A stretch of DNA of 64,000 nt from assembly GCA_002189035.1 (NCBI GenBank), contig NEEC01000002.1, forward strand, positions 868,001 through 932,000, read 5' to 3'. Made by a program: the position numbers and the translations under genes. This DNA is from Utricularia gibba. Its lineage: Eukaryota; Plantae; Magnoliophyta. Within the stretch, counting starts at the first letter, position 1. Each line of letters begins with the position of its first letter. Below the pieces are notes generated by a model that saw only the letters and a list, made by a program, of their open reading frames with translations, made no database searches and was not told where the DNA came from. Positions 40,200 through 53,593 of this stretch are shown in pieces.

Positions 40200-41702
40200 G
40201 ATTTATACTTTTTATTGTTGTTCTTTTATGTTTGTGAATGTTAAGGATGGATATAGGGATTTTTGTACGATTATGGGACTGTTATGTGCATATAATTAAT
40301 TGAACTGATTGTTTTTTAATTTTAAAAATTCTAATCATAGTAAAATTAGAAATTCATATTTATGATTAACTTTATAAAATATTAAATTTTTGAATACCTG
40401 TTTTATTTATCATAGATAGATTAAACTTCAAATAAATATAAATATATTTTTACAATCTTTAAAATAGTTCTATTCACATAATCTTAAAACAAATTGTATT
40501 CTAGATAATCTGAAGTACAAATTCAAATTATATAACAAGTCCTACGTATATTTAATCATTTATTAAATTAATGATGATTCAATCGATATTTTAAAAAAAG
40601 ACTGACCCCGGGTCCACAAGAGGGGTTGGTGGGGGTCATGGCCCCCAAAAGTCAGGGATTTATTTTGTTAATTTTTGATTTTATTTATTGAAGGTTTTGG
40701 GTAAAACCGTAAAATGTGGGGATGTGTCCAAATGGGGATTGGGATGGGGATGGGGCGAGGGGGCCTATGAAAGCGGGTTTGTGAAACCATGGGTCAGGTC
40801 AGGTGTACATCAAAACCGCAACTTTTGATTGTATTGATGTAAGATGGGGGAGTGGTGCCGTGGTGGACTGGGTTTTTATAAAAGTAACCACACTTCATTT
40901 ATTTATTACACATTAAACCTAAATCATTATACATAGATTCGGTAATTTTATGATACACTCAAATGACAGTGGCTATTTTTCTAGATTACGCATGTGTGGA
41001 CATGAAGACCAGAACAGAGGGTTTTTTTGAAAAATACCTACTGTGATTTGAGGGTATGAAAAATATATCTACCATGTGTGTATTTTTTTTGTACGTGATG
41101 TGTGTGATATAAATGGAGTTACTAGATACTCTCATCGCCGCCATGTCCGTTTCCGGACAACTGACCCAACCAGCAACCACCCTTTCCCTTTCAGCTTCTC
41201 ATGTGTTATGGACACCCTGTCTTCCTTCAAACCGCTTCTACACTAAACCCGTGTGCCTTCCTTCCCAACTCTGCACTCGTTCAGCAGTAGAAGACGAGCG
41301 CCCGTGGAATGTAATCCCAACTCTCAACTGCCCACCACCACCACGAGGCAACTTTAGTAAATGATGCAATACAATTGCTTCTTTAAAAACTAATGTTCAT
41401 TCATAGAATATGGAAAGCATGTATAATGGATATACGTTGTTCGTTCACTGTGATAAAGTCGATCATAATAACTAGAGTTGCAGTAACAAATGAATAATTC
41501 GTGTTTGATTCGAATAGAATCATTTATTTTTGTTTGTAATATAAATGATTGAATATAAATAAAATTCATATTCAATTACTTATTTAATAAACAAACTCAA
41601 AAGAGATTTGTTAAGGGTGGAAATCGGTCTCCGAGTTGGGGCCGATTTTTGGGTTATAAATGCGACCGGAAATATTGTGCCTTGTTATGCTTTTTGGTGA
41701 TT

Positions 41703-42045
41703 TGTTCGATATGATCGAAAGAAATAAGGGCATATAGAGGTTTTTATGTGAAAATCGCCGTAAGACGGAAAAAACCATGAAGCTGTTGGAGCTCGTCGGA
41801 AAAATTCCTTACTAGATGGAGGTGGTGAAGTAAGATACAGGTTGGGAGACTTAGGGTCGAACTCTTTTTCCTTCGGATCTTATCCTATTTATAGGTGAAG
41901 TCGATCTGGCCGAATCCTCACTTCTGCAAGTATTAGTTATTTTTGTGTCTGCTATAAGATCTCGCTTTTCAGATATCGGCCGTCTGCCATAATTTGACTG
42001 TTTTTCAGACTGTGTCATATGACCACCAATGTTAAATTTCGAACA
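41703..42045 (-). mobile_element. Possible degenerate solo LTR
   Basis: Ends TGTTCGA...TCGAACA (7-bp inverted termini, TG..CA), internal CCTATAAATAGG on the minus strand, moderate GC in an AT-rich context. No matching TSD. Confidence 0.35.
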
Positions 42046-42430
42046 AATATCGGTCTGTCGACTGACTCTATCCTATCAGGACTCTTTTTAGCAGCTTTTC
42101 AGAAGCCGATTATCTTCAGTCGATTTATACCCCATCAAGATTGGTGTTTCATTGTATTTGATTTGAATCGATTGTAATATTAATATCTTATCAAAATTTA
42201 GTATTTTGATGTTAAAATACGAAATTAAAGCAAAGGTGGAAATTGGATTGAGTCTATTTTTTCTAGTAGGAAACCCTAGCAACGGTCCTCCGCCGCTACG
42301 GGGGAGAACGGCACTGAGTAGTGGGCCTTGAGTTTGGGCTGATTCTGATTCCTACAAACACCATCAGGATGACGAGCTGGAGATAAGGCCACCATCTCAG
42401 CCTTTCAAATCTGGAGTTCACAAGCTTCTC

Positions 42431-43130
42431 ATGGCGATTCTGCTCAAGCCTCAAGCTCCAATCCCCCACCTTGCACCTCCACAACGGAGAAGACAACGGC
42501 AGTCACATTCGGCGAGAGTGGAAGCCGCGATAGGACGGAATCTGATCGAATCAGGTGCCGTGAAGCCCATTTTAACGAGGGACGCAGCTTCAGCGATGGA
42601 GTCGGAGGGATACAGATTACTGGACGTGAGGCCGGAGTGGGAGAGGGAGAAGGCACGTGTTCCGGGGTCGATGCACGTGCCATTGTTCGTGGAAGACAAG
42701 GATAACGGGCCATTGACGCTTCTCAAGAAATGGGTGCATTTTGGGTACATTGGCCTGTGGACTGGGCAGTACTTTACGAGCATCAATCCTCTGTTCATGC
42801 GCCAGGTTGAAGATTTGGTTCCCCACAAAGACTCAAAGCTCCTCGTTGCCTGTGGTGATGGGTTAAGGTATGTGCACAGGATCCAGTTTCCCATCTTGGT
42901 CGCTGTTCTCAATGCATTTCTGTGCTGAATGAAGGTCCATGAAGGCTGCTGCTGAGCTGCACGAAGGAGGATACAGCAACTTGGGTTGGTTAGTTGGAGG
43001 CTTCAACAGGTCAAAAGATGGACATTTTCCAGTAGTTGAAGGTGTGGAAAAGTTGCAGTACGCTTCAGTTGGTGGTGTCTCTTACTATTTCCTGAAATTG
43101 CTGCTCATAGTACAAGCGGTTGGGAAGTAA
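42431..43130 (+). CDS. STR10: Rhodanese-like domain protein (STR10-like), two exons
   Basis: LLDVRPEWEREKARVPGSMHVPLF, KKWVHFGYIGLWTGQ and VACGDGLR/SMKAA...LGWLVGGFNR. Intron donor AG|GTATGT, acceptor GAAG|GTCC. Confidence 0.9.
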
Positions 43131-43302
43131 AACTTCCCATCCAATACAAACTGGGTGTTGGCACATTTTCATGTACAAGACTATAAGAGATAATTCCTCA
43201 ACAAAAGATGTTCATGTGGGAGGAGGATATCCTTCACGTTTGTGTGATTTGGGCAGGGTATGAGCTTGAATGACTTACCGTCACAGAAAAACCTGGGGTT
43301 GG

Positions 43303-45948
43303 TCACACGGTGTATATCCTTCTCACTCTTTTTGTGCTTCGCCGGCATATTGGACAGGCAGCAGAAGTTTCAGCAATCCTGTACATGATCATGTTTGAGT
43401 ACCAGCTTTTTTCAGATGAGATGACTGAATTGGGAGTTTTACCTTGTTGCACACCCAAAGCAAGCAACGCAATGTCCACATGGAATGAAGAACGAATCTT
43501 TACGAGCATCGAAGCAGATTGCACAAAGAGGCAGGTCACGGCGGTCGTCGTTTGCCGAATTTGCACCAGCTTGCGAGTTATCAGGGTGCTGCTCTTCATC
43601 ATCAGAGAGAGAGTCAGAGGAGGAGCTCCGGCACAAAGAACCTCCATCTTTGTGTGGGAGCAAAGGATTTCGCTCGGCTCCAACTTCTACTGGCTCATCT
43701 CTTTGTGCAGATTGGTCTCTACGCCAAAAGCGGTTCAGAAGCAAGTTAATGAGCTGAAGGAGAGCAGTGACTCCACCTACATGTCCAAGAATTTGAAAAC
43801 TTTAGAGGCGGTTGCATGATTTTCGTTTGTAACTTCCATGAAAATTACCTGCACCAACCAAATATGCAAGCCATCTATGTCCATATGAAATTTTAATGTT
43901 CCATCGATCCACCCCATACCCTGCAGATATCAGTGACATCACGCCAGCATACTTTTTACTTGAGTAACATTGAAGTTCATCTGAATTGACAATATGAATC
44001 TCACTAGAGGGACTGCTTACAGGCATTCGACCAGGAGTAGTGATAACAACAGAAGTTTGGCCAGACAATAGCAGGTCAAGAGTGCATTCGCTTTCGGTGG
44101 GCATACAGTTGTAATATGAATCCTTTGTATTGTGAAGTAAAGCCTTAATACTGGCGTTCAAACACACCTGCCTAACATAAGAATATGAGAAAGTAACCAA
44201 TGGACCAGGGAATCAACATGATGAAAATAAAGAATACTCAATACTCTGCAGCACTTGCCTGGGCAACTTCATTATTCAAGTTACCCACAGCAACAAAATA
44301 TGAAGAAGACTCAAAGATATCTTGTTGTCTAGCACCATTTCCTGAGAAGCATGAAGCAAGTTACACGGAAAGGAAAAGCCAGAAACATAGAATGAAGTTA
44401 TCTTTGTTCAGCCTCACCATGGATTTTATACCAGGCAAAGGTTCCGAATGCATTTGATGGATCCTCAAGCCACATGGCAAGACTTTGGTCCCCTGCAGAC
44501 ATAAATTACAAAACATAGAGTTTCTCAGCAATATTGATCAATCCAGCTTATCCCTCTAACCTCTACATTCTTGCTAATGAAAACCAGCATCAGAATTTTT
44601 TAAAATAGCTAACCAATCCGTATAGCATACAGGCAGAAATTGCAGTTTAACGAGTCCCATCCAGGATGGTTTTGCACACCAGTTAAAGGAAAAAAAAAAT
44701 CATAGGGTAGAACAAACATAAGCAATTCACCTTCTGCAATAGCAAGAACTAGAGAAGACGCATGTAGAGAGTCGACAGAATATGATATATTCAGTTGAGA
44801 TCCTTTATTCAAGTAGTACCGCCACTCCTGAAAATTTGAAATCGCCCAAAGAAGAACTTTTTACAGGTTATGCCGGCGATAACATCTGCACCTCAAACTT
44901 ATCACAAAAAGAGCAGTAACCTCCCATTAAACCAGTTACTAAGATCTGTAAAAATTGATGGAATCGGCAAATCAAGAACACTGATCTGATATCCTAAAAG
45001 GGGTACTAAATAAAAAACATCTTAAACCCAGATATGATAACATAAGAATGATGCCACAATACTTAATGTTCACCTTGTGGGTGCCTCCTGGAAATGTGAC
45101 ATTGTGAAATTCAGACCACAAAACCAGAACATCAAGAGGTGGAGTTTTGTCGAATCCATACATCACCAAACCTCTGGATGCATCTAACTGTTCAACCTGT
45201 TAAAAAACTACTGAACTCAGAGTGCGTTGAAATTGCAAAAAGAACTCCACGCAAACGTGAAAATGCAAACCCCACAACAGGAAATACACCAAGGTTAGGT
45301 ACCTTTATAGACTCCACCAAGAATCGATTGGGATTAATCAGAATTGATGTATTAGGCCCGAGCTGGAGAATGTTCGAGGAATAGACCCCGAAAGCTAGAG
45401 ATATAGCAACTGAAAAGTATTGTGGAACAGCATTAGCCAACCTTCTTCTTGAAGAAACTCAAATTTATAAAGTACGAACTTCATCAACAGAGTTCCCAAA
45501 TATCAAAGGAAATTCTTCTCCAGAAGCATAAACTGAAATCCGCAAAACCGACAAATCCAAAATTTCCCAGAATCTTTCCAACAACGTCAGACATCCTCCA
45601 TTCACCGTGTAATCCTTGGGAAATTTAATAACAGGATCTCAACGAACAGGCAATATAATCTCATTTACCGAAACATGAGAACGTGAAAGAAACCACAAAG
45701 CACGACTTTGCATCATCCCGACCCCCAGAGGAACCTCCCTCCCGCGTTACGTATTCTTCATCATTCGTGCTTCCGAAACGCTCTCCGATGCGTCCAGCTG
45801 GAGAAAATCTCGGAAATCTATTCGGGAACGGCCTCGGAGGCGAGTCGAGTACGCTATCCACAGCCGACCCAGACGCCTCACCGAAAGTCCCCGCACCCGA
45901 AAATCTGTTCGGGAACGGCCTTGGAGGCGAGTCAACTTCAGTATCCAT
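43303..45948 (-). CDS. APD: Membrane-anchored RING-HC E3 ubiquitin ligase, APD-family-like, multi-exon
   Basis: TM segment followed by [24 protein letters not shown], a second TM (RWLAYLVG), and C-terminal [45 protein letters not shown]. Confidence 0.88.
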
Positions 45949-46464
45949 CGCTGACCAAGACGCCTCGTCGCCGGAGTTCTCCCTAAAATCCGTTGCCCCC
46001 TGTAGCCTACAGCCGTATAAACCGGAGACAAACGAAGAACAAAGGCTCCGCCTTTACGGGCTAGAAATCGAATGCTTCTTGAGGAACAAGCCATTGGATG
46101 ATTAATAAATAATTAATATTCTAATATTAATAAATTATAAATTATTAAATGGAAATTATAATGAACTAAAACATATTTATTAATATCTTTGAGGGCATTA
46201 TTGTCTATGCACATCACCGCAACGGTTATCCATGCCAACTGTTCTTTGAGGGTATAATCGTCTATTCACATAGACAACAACGGGTGCCTTCACCATTTCC
46301 TGCCCGCTCCGAACGCGTCTTGGTAAAAATAGCAGACGACGGGATTCTCAGATCTACTTCTCCGGGTCTCAGATTTGGCTTTCTGAATGAGGCTAAACCC
46401 TAGTTTTTGAGAGCATTTTGATCGGAATCAGGGGAGGCGAGGGGGCTTCCCTCATTTTGCTGCC

Positions 46465-49417
46465 ATGGGGGATTTTAATTTGGCGCTGCTCATCGTGGCG
46501 ATAATTGTTTGCGTCCTAGTTTTCATTTTCAACGTCTACCTTCTTGTCAATTATCAGCATCCGGATGACGTGAATCAGGCTTATTTTCCGAAGTTCGTCG
46601 TGGTTTTGGGGCTCTCGATTGCTGCCATCTCGATTCTCATGCTTCCTGCTGATGTGGCTAACCGGCAGGCCTGTCGCAATTCGCTCTACAACGGCGCGTG
46701 TAGGCTCACCCTGCCCATGAAGGATTTGTGGCTAGCCGTTTACATTGCCGACGCGGTGCTCGTTTTCTTCGTCATTCCTTTTGCAATGTTTTATTACGAA
46801 GGCGACCTGGACAAGTGTGTTCCTTTCTTTAAAAAAGCCTGGTCTTTCTTGCGTTTTTTGGTAGGCTTATCTCGTCTTGAGTTTCTGACCTTTTAATGGG
46901 CTTCTAGGAGTGTTATGAAGAGGGTGAGGAGTGCTTTAGCGTGGGTGATTGCGACTGCTGTCGTTTGCGCGCTTATTTTGGGAATTTTGTACGGTAATTA
47001 ATTTTGCAGTTGCTTTGGTGGTCTCGGTTTCGCGTAGGTTACTTCATCCTATTACTGTACATTTGCTGCAACTATTTTTTATGGCTTGTGTTAAAGGGCT
47101 CGTGGGGTATGTGGATTTCACTGTTACGCATCTCTCTTCAACCACTGCGTCCTTTCCACAGTCTTGGGATTTTTCCCGCAGCCAGCCATGCATTGGAAGT
47201 GGATCGTTTCAGGTCAATGAAGATTGAGTTTTTCTGTGTAATGTTGTGAGTTCAGCTGACAAATTCTCAACTTGTACGCCCTTGTCCAATTTTCAGTGCT
47301 CTGCACATTCTGTTAATGCCTCCGCTGAGACAACATGGACTATGCGCACAACTTTCCCAGAATATGTCGTTGCGTTAGCTACTATTGTTGGATCGGTGCT
47401 GTTTACCGTATGCTCTCTCTCTCCCCCCTTTTTGTCACTGTTCCCTGGTGTTAGCATACACAGCAGTTTGCTAAGTAGATACTCCGCATCATCATATGAC
47501 ATTGGAAATCTTTTGTGGAAATATTATATTTCTGGCTTTTAAATTTCAGCCATGTAGCTTTTTTATGGATACAGCATCTATTCTATTCTGAAAACTGATG
47601 TTTTTTTCTTTTGTTTGGGGGGGATTCTGCAAGCTGATGTTTTGGTTTCTCAACTCTTTAGATATTTGGGGGTATTGGAATTGCGTCCCTTCCACTGGGA
47701 CTGATATTTTCATTTGTTCGCCGGCCAAAGGCTGTTATCACTCGATCCCAGTATATCCGGGTATTACTCTCTTTTGTGCTATTCTCTACTGTTAAATCCA
47801 AATTTGACCGTGTTTAGGCTTATATCCTTGTATTAATACAGGAAGCCACTGAACTTGGAAAAAAAGCGAAAGAACTAAAAAAAACAGCTGATGCACTTCA
47901 CCAGGAAGAAAGAAGTGGAAACAAGGGAAGGAAATGGCGTAAAAATGTGAAAGCTGTTGAGAAGGTAGAATTGTAACAATCCCCCTTTTTTCCTTATTAG
48001 AATTGCTGTTGCTCCGATCACTTTCTTTGATGTTTTGACAATGAAGTTATTCGATTTCTTGTGTCTTTAGGAACTACTTCTGCTGGAAGACGATGTGAAG
48101 GCATTGGAGGAGATGTATCCTCAAGGTGAAAAGGTGATATTGCTGAGCTAATACATCTCGAAAGTTTTATTTTTATATTTAATTTCCTCTGCATTACTAT
48201 ATGGAGCACCAGCTCCCGCATGATTCAGACTGTCCTGGAAGTAGGGTTAGTTGAAACAAAGTAGTAATCACGTTTTTTTTTAACACTTCAGGCTGAGACA
48301 ACATGGGCTCTTACGGTCCTTGGGTATCTAGCTAAACTGGTGCTAGGAGTTTTGGGGTATGTTCTTTTTCGATTTTTCCATTACCTTGTCAACACAATTC
48401 GTGTATGTGAGTTAATGTATCTTCTGTGCAGGTTAATCGTTTCTGTGGCTTGGGTTGCTCATATCATAATATATTTGCTTATCAGTCCTCCTCTTTCTCC
48501 ATTTCTTAATGAGGTCTTCATCACACTGGATGACGTCTGGGGTAGATGAAATTTCCTTTCATGCTATTATTCACGCATGCTAGAGCTCGAGAATTTCTCA
48601 TTAACCTGGAAATTCTACCAACATTTTGTTCATTATTTTTTCGGGCATGGTTCTCTCCCAGGCCTTTTGGGAACAGCGGCATTTGCATTCTTCTGCTTCT
48701 ACTTGTTGATTGCTGTTGTTGCTGGTGCAACAATGCTGGGTCTAAAATTGGTTTTTATCACAATCCATCCTATGAAGTATGCTTTTACTACTTTTGTCTA
48801 TCATATATCTGAATATAATACCTGATATTGTCAGTGGAGTTTGATGCTTAATGTGCCAGAAGTTTATTCTTGTCTGTAGATGGGGAGCTACACTTATGAA
48901 CTCGTTTCTTTTCAATGTTGGTCTGATACTTCTGTGCTCAATAAGGTAGCGGTCCTGAACGCATGTGGTTTCAGTGCACGTGTTTTATTATCATGCTTAC
49001 ATAGTCGATTTTCTTTTGTGGTGGTGCAGTGTTATACAGTTTTGTGCTACGGCTTTTGCATATTATTCCCAGGCAACTGCAGCGCAAGAAATATTTGGCC
49101 ACACTTTGCAGTCCCTCCGTGGAATCAAATATCTATACAGGTCAGCATCTTGTTCTTTTTCTAATGTGTTATTATCATCAGTTCTAGTATTCTGTGTCAC
49201 TCTGATATCGTCTTTTCAGGTATAATGTCTTCCAAATCGGGTTCGTCATTCTTGCGGGCCTTACGTTTGTGTACTATGCAGCCTTCGTAAGTTTTCTCTC
49301 AGTACGCACTTTCTACAATTTTCCCATCGCGACACCATGATCCCACCTCATATTATGGCACAACCGCAGGGATGGAGGAGGAAAAAGATAAGAGGAAGGC
49401 TCCAAGTTTCATCTTGA
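46465..49417 (+). CDS. LIMR/LMBR1-like multi-pass membrane protein, multi-exon
   Basis: [11 protein letters not shown]...[57 protein letters not shown] and last exon GWRRKK...*. Confidence 0.93.
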
Positions 49418-49946
49418 ACATACTACCCTCAGCGTACCTAACTGATTCACATTCTGGCTACACGATTTGATTCCTTTTCCTGAGGAAATGCGCACATGGG
49501 ATTATCAGTTGTATTCGTGCTGTGGGATGTGATGATGGTGCATATTCTTCTCCCCATTCTCCAGTCTGGTGTGTATAACGTCTGACAATGTTGTAAGAGA
49601 AGCTTTTGTGTACTTTTCTCGAATGTATGTGCATTGAGTTATGCGTTGTCGGCTTCAGGATTGTTTCTGTTGGTTATTTCATGAGAAGAATATGTGCTGT
49701 TGAGTTTTCGGGATTCGCCGGTTGTCCGAAGCATGGAAGGATATGAATGAGGACGAATGGCTCCTTATTTCAGTTTGGTCCGGGTCGGGTTCTGAATCGG
49801 TTAGAGCCCGTAACGGTCAAACCCGTTTTTTTCTAAAAAAAGAATGGATATTTCATTGGCACCAAGAGTCAAAAAGAAATATAAAACTAGAAACCTGATA
49901 AATGATAAAATCTACGGAACCCAGAAATGAAGCAAGCTGTCAAGAG

Positions 49947-52917
49947 ATGGCTGCTCCTCTGATAGCCCCTCACAGGTTCTTCGTCTTGGATTGGAGGTTG
50001 AATGAAACTCCCTCCAGATGTAACGGTTTTCAGGTCTTTTGTAAACCCCAGTTGCCGGGAGCTGAGAATTCTGTGCCTTCTGGGTAGGAGCATTTTGCTA
50101 CTGTAAGTAAGATCATAAACTTGAAACGATTGGGCTGTGTATAAGATTTGTTGGTTGATGAAGGGGGCCTGCTGGTGAGCATCCGATTTTGATCGAGAGG
50201 TACAGCGACGGTAGTTCCAAAAGGTGATTCATTTGGCTAGTTCTCGTTTGTGCTGGCGTATACGTTTGGGTGGAGTTTAATGTATTTGGATTTTGTGAAT
50301 ATGGAACAGGTATATTGTGGAAAATGATTGGAAAATTAGAACAATTTTGGAAGATCATTCGGGAGGAAGAGGTGTGTCCAGAGAATCGCCCAATTTGAAA
50401 GCTTTTGCAGGATTTTCATGGCTCCCGAGGAATGTTAGAGATTTTATTCTTCCCGCTGGCTTTCCAGGTAGAATTTATTCTGTTATTTACTTGTTGAGTT
50501 ATAAATGGACTTGTTGGATTGGTTAAAACTACTGGGTTGTTCAAATTTTGATACCGAAATGCAGATTCAGTTTCTGATGATTACTTGGTGTACATGTTGC
50601 TTCAGTTCCCAACTAATGTTACAGGGTGGATATGCCACACCCTGGTCACTTCAAGTCTATTACAGGCCAGTGGCATATCTAGAAACTACACACTTTATTT
50701 AATTGTTCGAGCTAAAGCTCGGATCTTCACCCATCTCCACGAAAAAGTAATAAAATTCTCCATTTCAAATAGGCTGTTGGAGTAAGTTCAATATCAGGAG
50801 CTAAAGTTGCAGCTTCTGCTGCAGCCATCAGGTAATAAACACACTTGATTCAATCCTTGCGTTATGTGTTCTGTTCAAAGGCTTTCAGGGGTTCTTTGTG
50901 AATATTTTGATTTGTTAGCTTTCCTCTCTCCCAAACCAGTCAAACAGCTCTTGTGATAAACGGTGGCAATGGGCAAGCTAAAATTGGATGGGTAACATTT
51001 GATTTTTTTTTTTCTTTTACTCCTGGCAGATGGGTGTCCAAGGATGGCATTGGTGCACTTGGGCGCTTACTTATTGGTTGGGAGCCTTTTTATAAGTTGC
51101 AAGCGGACCCATGTTAATCTTGGAAAAATAAGCTGTTTATTTAATTTCAGGTGGAAGATTCGGCAGTGTATTTGATGATGATCCTAAACAGTGGCGGTTG
51201 TATGCAGACTTCATTGGCAGTGCTGGAAGGTTTGATTTATGTGCTCAAGTCTGTCATATGAGCTCCTGACTTACGTGAAAGTGATATTCCATTGCAGCAT
51301 CTTTGATCTCACCACCCCACTATATCCTGCATATTTCTTGCCGTTGGCATCATTGGGAAATCTAGCCAAGGTTAGTAAAAGGGTTTAAAGAATTCATGTA
51401 CTTGTATATTGTAAGTTTTTGGACTTCTGCATATCGAATATTATGCTTATGCAGGCTGTTGGGAGAGGCCTACGTGATCCTTCTTTTCGTGTTATACAAA
51501 ACCATTTTGCAACTTCTGGAAACTTGGGGGATGTGTCAGCTAAGGTAGATCCTGATTTCTCTGCTAAAATAAAAATTCAATGCGGTTGTAAGCTTTGTAA
51601 TTCATGCTTTTTTATGTCAATCACCGGTGAAGCTTTCTGAACATTGTCAGGAAGAAGTATGGGAAGTTGCTGCTGAGCTTGTCGGACTTGCACTGGGCAT
51701 ATTCATTCTTGTAAATTCAAAACTTGACTTCAGAAGTTTCATATTTTTCACATTTATGTCAGTTAAGTGCAATTATTTTTGATATCTAGATCAAAATTGC
51801 AATTTAGGATACACCTGGTATTTCATCTTCCTATCCGCTGTTGGCTTCAACATGGCTTAGCGTGCGCCTGTATCATCTCTGGTTTCGCTATCTTTCACTC
51901 TCAGTTCTACAATTCAACACGGTAAGAGACTTTTTGGGTTCATTTTTCGAGACTTAATCTGTGCGTCAGACTTAGTTCTTCCTAGAAATACACATAATCT
52001 TAGATTAAGATGTTCTTAAAATGGTATCGGCCTATTCAGGTTCTGTAAAGCTCTCAATAAGTCTACATGAACCAAATACCTTCATACGCATACCTATCCA
52101 TTTTCCTTACAGATCAATCTCAAGCGTGCCCGGATCCTTGTGAATGCACATATCACACACCAAACGATGCCTGGTATGATTAAGCTCTTTTTTGCTATGC
52201 TTTCAGGTGTCATTTTGTTGGCGTAATGAAGCTTCTCTTCTCAGGAATTCAAGATTGTAACAGGATGGAAAATATCTTGGTATGGGAAAGGTTTCTTAAG
52301 CCGAAGATTACTTTTGGTGTGCCCCTAGAGGAGATGCTTACTGTCAAGAACAGTGGCTCTTTGGTATGTTTCATAAACAGTCGCAATTTACTTCTCATAC
52401 AGAGAGTCCAGAACCCACAACGTCGAACAAAGAGTTGTTATCTTGGACTGTTTTTGTGCCTGCACTGAATCCTAGAGCAATAAGAAAATTGGATTTAACT
52501 TCACCACACTTACAAACAGGTGAGGATGCTTGTTAAACTCTATGCAGATGAGAAATATTTCCTGATGGTGAATCAGTCACAAACCGAAATTGAGGTCCTT
52601 GTTTCCTTCAAGGTACTCACACATCTCTCCACATTTGCTGACAGTTATTTTTGAATCGGTGGTTATATACTACAATTCAATAGGACGGAGCCACAAGCTT
52701 CTCCATGTTGCGAAGCGTTTGGCAGGCCTACTGGCTCCACCACCACTGGATGGTATCCCAGAACTTCACAGACCCACTTCAGGAAAGCTTGACACAATTG
52801 AAGAAAAACTTTGATCCCTTTTTGTCACAAGTAGAAGAGGCTGGATGGAAGGTAGATCAAATCTTTCTGAAGGTCCCAAAAGAAAGTTCATTCCAAGAAG
52901 AACATGTCATTAGCTGA
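49947..52917 (+). CDS. RUS5: ROOT UVB SENSITIVE (DUF647) protein, RUS5-like, multi-exon; 5' exon structure uncertain
   Basis: ILIERYSDGSSKR, FSWLPRNVRDFILPAGFP, QFPTNVTGWICHTLVTSSLL, WVSKDGIG, DDDPKQWRLYADFIGSAG, QNHFATSGNLG and VWQAYWL motifs. Confidence 0.88.
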
Positions 52918-53593
52918 GTGTGGTAGGAATCCTATGCGGGGCATGTAGATTTTCAGAGTCATCTACTGAAAACAAGGGTACTTCAGGATAAAAAAGTTTC
53001 AAACTTGCTTTCACTGTTTTACAAGCATGGTAATCATTCCATTCTGCATTGCAATCGGTAATGGAGCCCACATCACGAACCAATGAAATTGCTGATCTAT
53101 GTCCACAGGTGTGAGGCCACCAGCAGGTTAGTTTTGTCTTTCTTTTTCAGGCTTTTACCTTTAAAATACACGCAAAAGCAATTTTTTTTACAACAAAGAC
53201 AAAGGGGAAAGAAAGAATCCTATGGTTTGAAAATTCAAGGCGCTACTAATGAATAAATGCGGCCAGATCAGAGCAGACCCACAGCCATGATTTCAAGTTT
53301 GTAATCTCCATTCCTCACACCTGCATTGCATTACCTTGTCTTTGTGATTCAAATCTCTTCAGCTGTTTCTTTCACAAACACCCAATTCTCTGCTGTGGAT
53401 CGTCTCTAAATCAGCTACTTGTCTCTGAAAACGAAAGCCAAATATTGTATGCTGCTCTTCTCCTCATCTACTCATTACATTTCTTTTTCTCATTACAAGG
53501 TCTAAACTTTTGTTGGTAACTCTGCTTGATCTTGATCTTGATCTTTGTGGTGTGCAAATGCTGACATCTTCTTTGCAGCTTAGAGAAGGGGGA

